Positions 29,189 through 38,751 of a stretch of DNA of 49,353 bases are shown here, one piece after another. Within the stretch, counting starts at the first letter, position 1; every line of letters starts with the position of its first letter. Location of the stretch: positions 1-49,353 of the forward strand of contig JBMYNR010000008.1 in the NCBI GenBank assembly GCA_049598495.1, read 5' to 3'. The position numbers were made by a program, and so were the translations under genes. Source of the DNA: Opitutales bacterium. GTDB taxonomy: Bacteria; Verrucomicrobiota; Verrucomicrobiia; Opitutales; Coraliomargaritaceae. Below the pieces are notes generated by a model, which saw only the letters and a list, made by a program, of their open reading frames with translations, was not told the origin of the DNA and ran no database searches.

Positions 29189-29238
29189 CTTAACAACTCA
29201 ACAACTTAACCACTTTACCGACCGCCGACCACCGACCA
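29189..29238. repeat. Short tandem repeats (8-mer x3 and 7-mer x3)
   Basis: CTTAACAA CTCAACAA CTTAACCA, then ACCGACC GCCGACC ACCGACC. Confidence 0.6.
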
Positions 29239-30297
29239 TTATCCTTCCGGGAAGTAGGCAGCCTTACCTTCAAGGCCGAGAGTGATCGTGATATTCAGAA
29301 AAGTGATTTCACCCATCGATTGGCAGAGCATAAATCGATAGTCATCATGCATATCGGCGAGTTCTTTCCGTAGTTGTATCATTTTTTCGATGCTGGATAT
29401 TTGGTCCGAGCACATGCAATCGCGAAGATGTTGGACGCGTGGTAGAGCGAAGTTGAGGCGTCGCTTGATCAGGGTTCGTTCCTCTCGCTGGTATTGTTTT
29501 GAGGTCTCAACATTAATCAGTTCCGTGCAGAGCTTAACCACGGGCAGGTTGTTCTTGAAGAACTGCGGCAGGTAGAGGGTGCGGCGCCCTTCATACGTTT
29601 GCTGATCGAAGTCAATCGCACGCACTCGGTATTGGTTTTCCTCGAAGTCGGGCGTCACTTCAACGACGTAGTTATATGCGCGCATATCGCCGAGTAACCG
29701 AACAAAGCAGCGTTCATTGAACTTGATGAACTCCTTGGCCAGTCGAACGTAGTGAAGATCCGGCCGCGGAAGATACTCGCGGATGAAATCGTCGCCCGGT
29801 ACGCCAATGATATGTTCCTCGATCAGTGTATCCTTATGGACGAGGAAGTTGATGTGATTTGGGGAGAGTAACTCTTCGAGTTCGAGGCCGTAGATGCGCG
29901 ACGCATCGGCCTTTTTTACGTAGAAGTAGTCATGGTTATCGTTGTATTGGTTGACGACACGTACCCGCATTGGCTTGGTATTACCGAAAGTGCAGAAATC
30001 CACTCGGTCGATATATAGATTAGAAAGGATCGTCTCATCGCCACCTGAGCGGAGGAGGACGTAGATACGCTTTAGTCCGTCATATAGCTCGCGACCAAAC
30101 TGTTGCTCGTAAATCAGGGTCTGCCAGAGTGTATCCTCTCCGCACTTGTTGATTAAGGGAAAGGAATCTTCGTATTTGAGCATGTCCTCGTAGGTAACTG
30201 GCAGATCCAGAGCTCTTTGGTGCTCCGATAAGTAGTTCCGAAAGGACTGATTGATCGGGAAAAATTGCTTACGTTGTTGTGTGGCAGCTGCCTGCAT
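29239..30297 (-). CDS. Uncharacterised protein with atypical (PI3K/HipA-like) kinase motifs
   Basis: 352-aa clean ORF; YVKK, ELEE, LLGDMRAYN and AIDFD in kinase order; function is inference. Confidence 0.7.
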   Translation of the reverse strand: MQAAATQQRKQFFPINQSFRNYLSEHQRALDLPVTYEDMLKYEDSFPLINKCGEDTLWQTLIYEQQFGRELYDGLKRIYVLLRSGGDETILSNLYIDRVDFCTFGNTKPMRVRVVNQYNDNHDYFYVKKADASRIYGLELEELLSPNHINFLVHKDTLIEEHIIGVPGDDFIREYLPRPDLHYVRLAKEFIKFNERCFVRLLGDMRAYNYVVEVTPDFEENQYRVRAIDFDQQTYEGRRTLYLPQFFKNNLPVVKLCTELINVETSKQYQREERTLIKRRLNFALPRVQHLRDCMCSDQISSIEKMIQLRKELADMHDDYRFMLCQSMGEITFLNITITLGLEGKAAYFPEG

Positions 30298-30425
30298 TAT
30301 TTCAAGGCTGAGGTAGATGCCCTAGCTTGCCAATAATTAATGAGCCCGAGGTATGAAGGAAACCGCTCCACCTGAGAAAAGCTGCATTTTAGAGTTGAAC
30401 AGATGCGAACTAAGGGTGTCTCTTG

Positions 30426-30530
30426 AAAGTGGCCGGGTCCTATGCAACGTCGGACCAGCGAAACCCGTCAGGCCCGGAAGGGAGCAGCGGTAGTTGGATC
30501 CACGTGTGCCGTAGGGTGCCTGGCCACTTT
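30426..30530 (+). ncRNA. ffs: Signal recognition particle RNA (small bacterial 4.5S type)
   Basis: Conserved core TCAGGCCCGGAAGGGAGCAGC; terminal stem AAAGTGGCC/GGCCACTTT. Confidence 0.95.
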
Positions 30531-30542
30531 TGTGTACTTGTT

Positions 30543-31127
30543 ATGCCCAGAGATTGGAACAAAGCCTACGAAGACGGGGATACTCCCTGGGACAAGGGCT
30601 ATGCCTCGCCCCCACTGGCCGAATTCTTACACAGGCGCCGCATTGAGGGTCGGGCTCTCGTTCCGGGTTGTGGGACGGGGCATGATGTACGCCTGTTGGC
30701 GGCTCATGGGGCGGAAGTCGTTGGGATGGACATTGCACCGCGCGCTTTGCATGAGGCGGAGACGTTTCCTCGAAGTGGGCGAGAAAGGTATGTGCTGGGG
30801 GATTTTTTGAGAGCGAGCGAGGAGCATCTTTCGGCATACGAGTGGGTGGTTGAGCATACCTGTCTTTGCGCGATTAAGCCTTGTGATCGGGACGCATATG
30901 CTGAGGCACTGAATCGAGTGTTGAAGCCTGGTGCTTACTTTCTGGCGGTTTTTTTTCGTGAGGTGAATCGTGATTCAAACGATGGCCCGCCGTTTGCAAT
31001 CAACCATGAGGAAAGCAATGCGCTGTTCTCCGGTCGATTCGAGTTGTTGGATGCCTATGTCCCGACGGAAACCTATCCCAGTCGCCCGATCGGTTCGGAA
31101 GAGGTCACTCTGTGGCGGCTGAAGTAG
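30543..31127 (+). CDS. SAM-dependent methyltransferase, thiopurine/halide methyltransferase-like
   Basis: DW...Y...TPWDKG, LVPGCGTGHD, EHTCLCAI, GPPF; true start ATG 30543. Confidence 0.9.
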   Translation: MPRDWNKAYEDGDTPWDKGYASPPLAEFLHRRRIEGRALVPGCGTGHDVRLLAAHGAEVVGMDIAPRALHEAETFPRSGRERYVLGDFLRASEEHLSAYEWVVEHTCLCAIKPCDRDAYAEALNRVLKPGAYFLAVFFREVNRDSNDGPPFAINHEESNALFSGRFELLDAYVPTETYPSRPIGSEEVTLWRLK

Positions 31128-31153
31128 CTTCCAGACGCAAGGTCTGACCTAGT

Positions 31154-31675
31154 TTAATGTTCGAGCTTGAGCCTTGCCAACTTTGGGCGGATTACCATCT
31201 GGCAGTAGTGGCTTGCTTTGTTTCGTCGGTAGTAGTCCTGGTGGTTTTCTTCCGCAGGGTAAAAGGTGCCTGCAGGTGTAATTTCCGTTACGATGGGGGC
31301 CTTGAAATACTCTTGGACGTCTGCCTTTGAGGTGGTCGCCTGCTCGCACTGTGTCTCGTCGTGGTAGAAAATGGCCGAGCGGTATTGGGTGCCGCAGTCG
31401 GCACCCTGTCGGTTGAGAGTGGTGGGGTCGTGCGAGCGCCAAAGCCAATTCAGCAGAGTCTCAAATGAGATCCGTTCCGGGTTAAAATGAATCCGGGTGA
31501 CTTCTGCGTGTCCTGTGGTTCCTGCACAAACCTCACGGTAGCTTGGATGCTTCACGTCACCGCCCATGTATCCGGAGATGACATCTTGAACACCTTCGAG
31601 TTGTTCAAAGACCGCTTCAACACACCAAAAGCAGCCTGCTCCAAAGGTGGCGATCGAGAGATTCTTTTTGTCCAT
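31154..31675 (-). CDS. msrA: Peptide methionine sulfoxide reductase A
   Basis: GCFWC, GTTGHAE, HDPTTLNRQG, QYRSAIF, AEENHQDY. Confidence 0.97.
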   Translation of the reverse strand: MDKKNLSIATFGAGCFWCVEAVFEQLEGVQDVISGYMGGDVKHPSYREVCAGTTGHAEVTRIHFNPERISFETLLNWLWRSHDPTTLNRQGADCGTQYRSAIFYHDETQCEQATTSKADVQEYFKAPIVTEITPAGTFYPAEENHQDYYRRNKASHYCQMVIRPKLARLKLEH

Positions 31676-31768
31676 TGTTGGTAGTTTACGCTGACCTGAC
31701 TGATTTTACAAATAGGATGAGAACATACGCGGTATCTGTTGCTGCGTTGCTCCATAGTGGGATCGAGT

Positions 31769-31793
31769 CGCGTTGAGCGAGCTCAAGCCCTAC
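31769..31793 (-). repeat. GTAG-type REP-like hairpin
   Basis: Minus strand GTAGGGCTTGAGCTCGCTCAACGCG (TTGAGC/GCTCAA stem). Confidence 0.5.
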
Positions 31794-31802
31794 GTATCTC
31801 AT

Positions 31803-32069
31803 TTAGAGCGAAATGACACCCGGCACCTGTGCCACTCTCTGATAAATGGCGATCACTTCATCACAGGAGTGCATGTTCATCTCCATGGTGTAGGCGATAA
31901 AACGGCCACTTGACGACTCATTGGCCTGTACTGGATCGTCGGCAAAGAGCTCCAAAACGGTCTCGCATTGATCCCGAGGAACAATGAACTTGAACGGAAA
32001 AATGCAGGGCCAGTCGTAATTCGCGTTGAGCGAGGAGCGGAAGGATTCTAATGAGTCGTCGTCTTTCAT
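31803..32069 (-). CDS. DUF493 (YbeD-like) protein
   Basis: WPCIFPFKFIV, SSSGRFIAYT, C-terminal PGVISL. Confidence 0.85.
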   Translation of the reverse strand: MKDDDSLESFRSSLNANYDWPCIFPFKFIVPRDQCETVLELFADDPVQANESSSGRFIAYTMEMNMHSCDEVIAIYQRVAQVPGVISL

Positions 32070-32108
32070 GAAGGGATGAGTATTATTTGTCTAAACAATC
32101 TAAGAGAT

Positions 32109-32357
32109 TTAAAAGTGCCTCCTTGCGAACTCTCTACCTGAGTGGGATTTTAATTATTTTTCAAAACTGATGGCTTTTTTCTCGTCGACGAAGGCGTGGG
32201 CCGAATCAAGTTTCCATGGTCTGTATTTGGCGGTATGTGCTACTTTACCGAGGTTGTGTGTCTTGAGGCGAGTTTCCAGATCGGTTGTGAATCCGACATA
32301 GTGCTTTTCAGATAAAGAAATACTTATCAGCCGGTAAACGTAGTAAAATTTTGGCAT
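32109..32357 (-). pseudogene. Small GIY-YIG nuclease with an in-frame premature stop
   Basis: YYVY...HYVGFT...RLKTHN...RPW...FEK*LKSHSGREFARRHF*; the TAA at 32154-32156 occupies the usual Tyr of FEKYLKS. Confidence 0.85.
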
Positions 32358-32381
32358 GTTTGTATCCAGGTTTTTTTGAGT

Positions 32382-32480
32382 GGCCTGGCCGGGCGTAGTT
32401 CCACTGAGCTTGTGGAGTCCGGCTTCTCTTCGATACGCCGGGACAGGCTTCGTTTGCCGGAACAAGTTCCGGACGAAGCC
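32382..32480 (-). repeat. Nested palindromic element between tRNA-Leu and GIY-YIG
   Basis: GGCTTCGT-CCGGAAC-TT-GTTCCGG-CAA-ACGAAGCC hairpin directly after the tRNA CCA, further hairpins, ending GGAACTACGCCCGGCCAGGCC. Confidence 0.6.
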
Positions 32481-32567
32481 TGGTAGCTAGGGCGGGGCTC
32501 GAACCCGCACGCCCTTTCGGGCAAGGGATTTTAAGTCCCCAGCGTCTGCCAATTCCGCCACCTAGCC
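32481..32567 (-). tRNA. tRNA-Leu (TAA)
   Basis: GGCTAGG/CCTAGCT acceptor stem, anticodon loop CT-TAA-AA, long variable arm, GGTTCGAG T-arm, encoded CCA. Confidence 0.97.
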
Positions 32568-32644
32568 ATAAGTGTGTCGGCAAGTCGCTGGAAAAAAGCG
32601 GTCACCGTCTAGCTTGGCAAGTATCTTTGCGCTCGATTTTAGCC

Positions 32645-32672
32645 TTGCGCAGGTGTTTGAAGCATCTACTTT
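32645..32672 (+). promoter_or_regulatory. Candidate sigma70 promoter for rpsA
   Basis: TTGCGC-16 nt-TACTTT upstream of a structured leader. Confidence 0.45.
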
Positions 32673-32785
32673 CCCGCGTTCCTCTGCGGCGGTTGGGACC
32701 GTCGGTCCGGCATATCACCGGATGAATCCAAACGAATAACCATCAACCAAACTGCCGCCTAGCGTGCAGTGAAATACAGAAATAT

Positions 32786-34444
<1,659 letters not shown>

Positions 34445-34468
34445 CCGAAGTATATCGCATCATTTGAC

Positions 34469-34499
34469 AAAGCCCCGCAGGAGACTGCGGGGCTTTTTA
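34469..34499 (+). terminator. Rho-independent terminator of rpsA
   Basis: AAAGCCCCGCAG-GAGA-CTGCGGGGCTTTTT. Confidence 0.9.
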
Positions 34500-34513
34500 T
34501 TGTGTGGGCTTAA

Positions 34514-34565
34514 GAGCGAATCGGGAGATTCGCGATCCCGGGAACGCGAATCTCCCGATTCGCTC
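34514..34565. repeat. Inverted doublet of GGGA-type REP-like units (52-bp near-perfect palindrome)
   Basis: GAGCGAATCGGGAGATTCGCGATCCC|GGGAACGCGAATCTCCCGATTCGCTC; one mismatch; each half is itself a hairpin. Confidence 0.85.
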
Positions 34566-34582
34566 ATCATCATGCTGGCCGT

Positions 34583-35548
34583 CTACCGCTTCGCGGCGGC
34601 CCGTACCAGTCGGTCATTGATGGCAATACCGATGTCTTCTTGGGCAGCACGCTCGATATGGAGTCGACCAAAGTCCATGCGGTCGAGCTTTTGGATGAGC
34701 ATGAATAGATTGTGGGCAATTTCCTTTTGGTCGCCACTTTCAGAGAGCCAGAAGGCGTTCGCTTGTTCGACGATGTCAGGCTTTTGGCAATATAGGACAG
34801 CGTCCGACGTATTGACATTACTTGGTTGGGTCTGGTGGTCGAACAGTGTGATCGGCGTGTTTGGGCTGTAGTGTTGAGTCAACATGCCCGGCGCGGTTTG
34901 TGCGCCGATCGAGGCTTTGCCTTGTGCGAGTTCGAATCCAAGCTCCTCGGCCGAGATCGGGCCAGGACGCAAGATGCGGGGCGCATCTGAATCACGTAAA
35001 TCGACGATGGTGGATTCGACCCCATGCTCGCAGGGCCCGCCATCGAGTACGGCCAGAATACGGTCGCCTAGAGTGCGATACACATGCTTAGCCAGAGTCG
35101 GGCTGACATAGCCGAAGGGGTTGGCACTCGGAGCGGCGATGGGAAACTTCAGCCGTTCCAGCAGGCTGTGAAAGATCGGGTGCCTAGGGACTCGGATGGC
35201 GACGCTGGGTAATCCAGCCGTGACGAGATCTGAGATCGTTGCTTTCTTGGGAAGCACCATAGTCAATGCGCCCGGCCAGAAACGCGCCGCCAGTTCTCGT
35301 GCAAGATCATTGAATTCGACATGGTTTTCGGCTGCGTCCGTGGAAGCGAAATGTACGATAAGGGGATCGATCAATGGCCGCCCCTTAATCTCGAAGATCT
35401 TGCGCACACTTGGCTCGTTGAGCGCGTTGCCCGCAAGCCCATAGACTGTCTCCGTGGGCACGCCGATCACGCCGCCGCTCCGCAGAAAATCCGCGCAGAG
35501 ATCAAGATTGGCTTCAGTCGTTTCCAATACTTTGCAGGCCTGTGTCAT
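34583..35548 (-). CDS. sua5: L-threonylcarbamoyladenylate synthase (Sua5/TsaC2)
   Basis: PTETVYGL, KGRP...PLIVH, WPGALT, AAPSAN, GVESTI, APGMLTQHYSP; likely start ATG 35548. Confidence 0.95.
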   Translation of the reverse strand: MTQACKVLETTEANLDLCADFLRSGGVIGVPTETVYGLAGNALNEPSVRKIFEIKGRPLIDPLIVHFASTDAAENHVEFNDLARELAARFWPGALTMVLPKKATISDLVTAGLPSVAIRVPRHPIFHSLLERLKFPIAAPSANPFGYVSPTLAKHVYRTLGDRILAVLDGGPCEHGVESTIVDLRDSDAPRILRPGPISAEELGFELAQGKASIGAQTAPGMLTQHYSPNTPITLFDHQTQPSNVNTSDAVLYCQKPDIVEQANAFWLSESGDQKEIAHNLFMLIQKLDRMDFGRLHIERAAQEDIGIAINDRLVRAAAKR

Positions 35549-35593
35549 TGTTCTCAGTGTAGAGCGCTGGCGATAGCCAGTGTTTGCTTGGTT

Positions 35594-35619
35594 CACAATG
35601 ACTATCGTCATCGTGCTAC
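35594..35619 (-). repeat. GTAG-type REP-like hairpin (GTAGCACGATGAC family)
   Basis: GTAG-CACGATGAC-GATA-GTCATTGTG; 20 nt identical to 38564-38583. Confidence 0.75.
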
Positions 35620-35642
35620 ATGGAAAGCTGAATTATAGATAT

Positions 35643-35672
35643 AAAAAATCCCTCTCCGAGTTGGAGAAGGAT
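35643..35672 (-). terminator. Rho-independent terminator of rpsR
   Basis: Minus strand ATCCTTCTCC-AACTC-GGAGAGGGAT followed by a T run. Confidence 0.75.
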
Positions 35673-35699
35673 CGAAAAATTCCTATTTCGGTGCACTAC

Positions 35700-35897
35700 T
35701 TACTGCATGGTCAGCATATTGCGAGCCTGCTTGATACGGTTTGTAACACGGCGCTGATGCTTTGCGGAAAGTCCTGTCACTTTACGAGGAAGAATCTTAC
35801 CGGTCTCAGTAACGAAACGGGAAAGCTGCTCCACATCGTTGAACGTGTAATCCATCGGGTTGCGGGAGCGATTGGGTGTCTTGTTCTCTGTGCTCAT
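35700..35897 (-). CDS. rpsR: 30S ribosomal protein S18
   Basis: [25 protein letters not shown]...IKQAR. Confidence 0.95.
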   Translation of the reverse strand: MSTENKTPNRSRNPMDYTFNDVEQLSRFVTETGKILPRKVTGLSAKHQRRVTNRIKQARNMLTMQ

Positions 35898-35938
35898 GAA
35901 GCGGCCGAAAGTAGGGGGAACGCTGCACTCTGCAAGTA

Positions 35939-38158
35939 CTAATTTTCAGGTTTTTTATGCGAGAGACGTCGGGCTCGAGTTTGCTGGACGCCGCATTGGG
36001 ATTGTGACTTTGGGGGCTTTCGCGGCCTTCGCGAGCAAAGGCCCTGCGTCTCAGATTGAATCACTTCCAAGAACGCTGGCAGTACGGTTTTTAGTTTGGC
36101 GGGTCCGATCCCGCGGATCTTGATGGCTTCGCTCTCGCTGGTCGGTTTGAGGTTGGCGAGCTCGACCAAGACGAAGTTGGGAAACACGGTGTAAGCGGGC
36201 TTCCCCGTGGCCGCGGCCAGTTCGCTGCGTTTAGCGGCGAGCTTCTGGTAGAGGTCGTGGTCGAGTATGCCCTCGGGGCTACTTCCTTTTTTAGCTTTGG
36301 TCGACTTGCTATGTCCGGCGGCACCAGCGGTTCGCTCGGGCAGCGCCAGCTGTGGCGTCTCAATGCCACGCATAACCTGGGAGCCCTGCGCTGTGAGGCG
36401 AAGCAGGGGAAAGCCATCTTCGGTGACGACTTGGACGAGGCCAGCCTGTTCCAGGGAGTCAAAGAGTGCCTCAACGTAGGCGCTTCCTTCACGTTTGAGA
36501 ATACCATAAGTCGAGAGTGCATCCAGCCTCGCATCCAGAATAGGGGCGGCCTGACTGCCAAGCAGGCATTGGATAATCTTACGCTTGCCGAAGCGGGGTA
36601 GCCATTCATCGCGACCTCGTTTGTAGCTCATTCGAGCGACGCCACTGAGTGCCATTTTAACCAGTGTCCATTCATCGGCCTCGATCTCACGGTTCGCTAG
36701 CTGCCTGCGCTGTTGGCAACCGTCGCAGCGTCCGCAGGCTTGGCTATTTTTTTCACCGAAGTAATTGAGGATCCATTGTTGGCGGCAACTGGACGTATAG
36801 GCGAAATCAATTACGGCCCTGAGCCGAGCTTCGTCACGCTCTGCCTTAATGGCCAGGGCCCTGGGATCGAGGGGCAAGTCGCGACCGCTTTTTCCAAACT
36901 GCAGGATACGCGTCCCGCGAAGTCGTTGGCCCGGGATATCGAAGCGTTCGATCCACTTGTATCGGGAGAGTAGGGAGATGGCACTGCTAACGGCCATGGG
37001 ATTAACCTTGCGCCCGATACGCTCGCAGAGGTCGTCTATAGGTAGGCGCACCTCGTGTTCGGCATCGCTCTCAGCAGAGAGCAGGTCGAAAACTTCGGCA
37101 ATGAGCTCTTTGCCGGGATTGGCGCCTTCGATGAAGAAATCCTGGACCCGCTTATCTGCGTAAGAGAAGAGCATTTCGCAGATGGAGGGATTGCCATCGC
37201 GCCCAGCGCGTCCACCCTCCTGATAGTAGGCTTCGACACTCCCCGGCATCTCATAGTGGCAGACGAAACGAATATCGGAGCGGTCGATGCCCATACCAAA
37301 TGCATTGGTGGCGACAACCACGTCGGACTCTCGTTGCATAAAGATATCCTGCGCTTCGGCTCGCTCTCTGTCGGAAAGCCCACCATGATAACGAATCACA
37401 GAACCTACCAAGGGTTCGATACTTTTAGCGACACGGTCGACTGATTTACGGGTTGCGCAATAGACGATGCCGGTCTTTTGCTGTTTGATCAGTCGTAGCA
37501 GGGCGGTTTCTTTGTCGGCGTTTGAGCTGACTTTACGGACTGTAAAGTTTAGATTCTCCCGCGCGAAACCGGCGACAAAATCGGATGAGTCGGTCATCTT
37601 GAGCACCTTTTTAATATCCGCCTGTACTTCCGGAGTTGCCGTCGCGGTAAGAGCGATGCAAGGAGGTGATCCGAGGGTTTCGCGCACCTCGCCTAGGCGC
37701 ATATAATCAGGGCGAAAATCATGGCCCCATTGTGAGAGGCAGTGCGCCTCATCGATGGCCATGAGGCTGATTGCGTCTTTAGGCAAGGCGTGTAGAAAGC
37801 CCTGAGAGCGGAAGCGCTCCGGTGCGATATAGACAAGTTTCACCTTACGTTGACGAATGGCGCCGAGCGTCGCTCTCTGCTCTTCCAATGTCTGCGAGCT
37901 GTTAAGAAGCTCAGCGGGCAAGTTACGCGCTTTGAGCGCATCGACCTGATCCTTCATTAGGGCAATGAGCGGAGAGACCACAAGAGTCACACCTGGGAGC
38001 AACATCGCAGGTAGTTGGAAGCATAGACTTTTGCCCCCGCCAGTAGGCATGACCACAAGGGTATCCTTCTTATCGAAAATAGAATCGATGATCGCGCGTT
38101 GCGGATGCCGAAATGACGGCATGTCAAAATACTTTTTTAGAGCGCTTTCCAGTGTCAC
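35939..38158 (-). CDS. recQ: RecQ-family ATP-dependent DNA helicase
   Basis: [33 protein letters not shown], Zn ligands CRQ...CGRCDGC, RQC and HRDC domains. Confidence 0.95.
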   Translation of the reverse strand: MTLESALKKYFDMPSFRHPQRAIIDSIFDKKDTLVVMPTGGGKSLCFQLPAMLLPGVTLVVSPLIALMKDQVDALKARNLPAELLNSSQTLEEQRATLGAIRQRKVKLVYIAPERFRSQGFLHALPKDAISLMAIDEAHCLSQWGHDFRPDYMRLGEVRETLGSPPCIALTATATPEVQADIKKVLKMTDSSDFVAGFARENLNFTVRKVSSNADKETALLRLIKQQKTGIVYCATRKSVDRVAKSIEPLVGSVIRYHGGLSDRERAEAQDIFMQRESDVVVATNAFGMGIDRSDIRFVCHYEMPGSVEAYYQEGGRAGRDGNPSICEMLFSYADKRVQDFFIEGANPGKELIAEVFDLLSAESDAEHEVRLPIDDLCERIGRKVNPMAVSSAISLLSRYKWIERFDIPGQRLRGTRILQFGKSGRDLPLDPRALAIKAERDEARLRAVIDFAYTSSCRQQWILNYFGEKNSQACGRCDGCQQRRQLANREIEADEWTLVKMALSGVARMSYKRGRDEWLPRFGKRKIIQCLLGSQAAPILDARLDALSTYGILKREGSAYVEALFDSLEQAGLVQVVTEDGFPLLRLTAQGSQVMRGIETPQLALPERTAGAAGHSKSTKAKKGSSPEGILDHDLYQKLAAKRSELAAATGKPAYTVFPNFVLVELANLKPTSESEAIKIRGIGPAKLKTVLPAFLEVIQSETQGLCSRRPRKPPKSQSQCGVQQTRARRLSHKKPEN

Positions 38159-38322
38159 TCTTTATGATGTGCGGGTGTTCACATATTTGCCAAGCATTAT
38201 ACCGCTTCACAAAACGACTGATCCTTTAGTTCTGCATCTTTAAGCGGTATGACTCTTCTGACGAGTTGGATAATCTGCGCTTGAACAGTACAAATGAAAT
38301 TCTAGCGTTCGTCATCTTGGCC

Positions 38323-38397
38323 GTCCCCTTAGTTTAATGGATAGAACTACTGTTTCCTAAACAGTCGATCTGGGTTCGATTCCCAGAGGGGGCACCA
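38323..38397 (+). tRNA. tRNA-Arg (CCT)
   Basis: GTCCCCT/AGGGGGC acceptor stem, ACTGT-TTCCTAA-ACAGT anticodon arm, GGTTCGATT T-arm, CCA. Confidence 0.97.
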
Positions 38398-38563
38398 GAC
38401 TTCGAGATGTGATGATTTGGAGCGCTGGGAATCTTACCCTTGGTGGTCCGGTTCGCTTCGCGTCCGGTCTTGTCGCCTTTCGACAAGCTCAAGGCTCGGA
38501 ACGATGGGTCTGCAACAAAGATTGGGGCAGGGTCTGGCCCTTTTATTAGCGCAGAATTTTTTC

Positions 38564-38583
38564 GTAGCACGATGACGATAGTC
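38564..38583 (+). repeat. Truncated GTAGCACGATGAC REP-like unit
   Basis: GTAGCACGATGACGATAGTC, identical to the reverse complement of 35600-35619. Confidence 0.7.
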
Positions 38584-38751
38584 CTTATTAGCCTCATGCA
38601 AGTGCCGAAACACTGAAGGGGTGCCTCGTATGCGTCATTGCACGCTGTCTATACGAAAGTTTTGGGACTCAGTGCTTTCCGGCCCGTGCCGAATTACTTC
38701 GTAAGATAGAGGATTGAATTCACGTCTTCCTTCGGTGATGAATACCCTCTT

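Noticed and set aside
30423..30542. N-terminal extension of the methyltransferase ORF
   Set aside because: Overlaps the SRP RNA gene; the real start is ATG 30543
32308..32583. Short ORFs over tRNA-Leu, and similarly 38334-38597 over tRNA-Arg
   Set aside because: Translations of tRNA genes and flanking repeats
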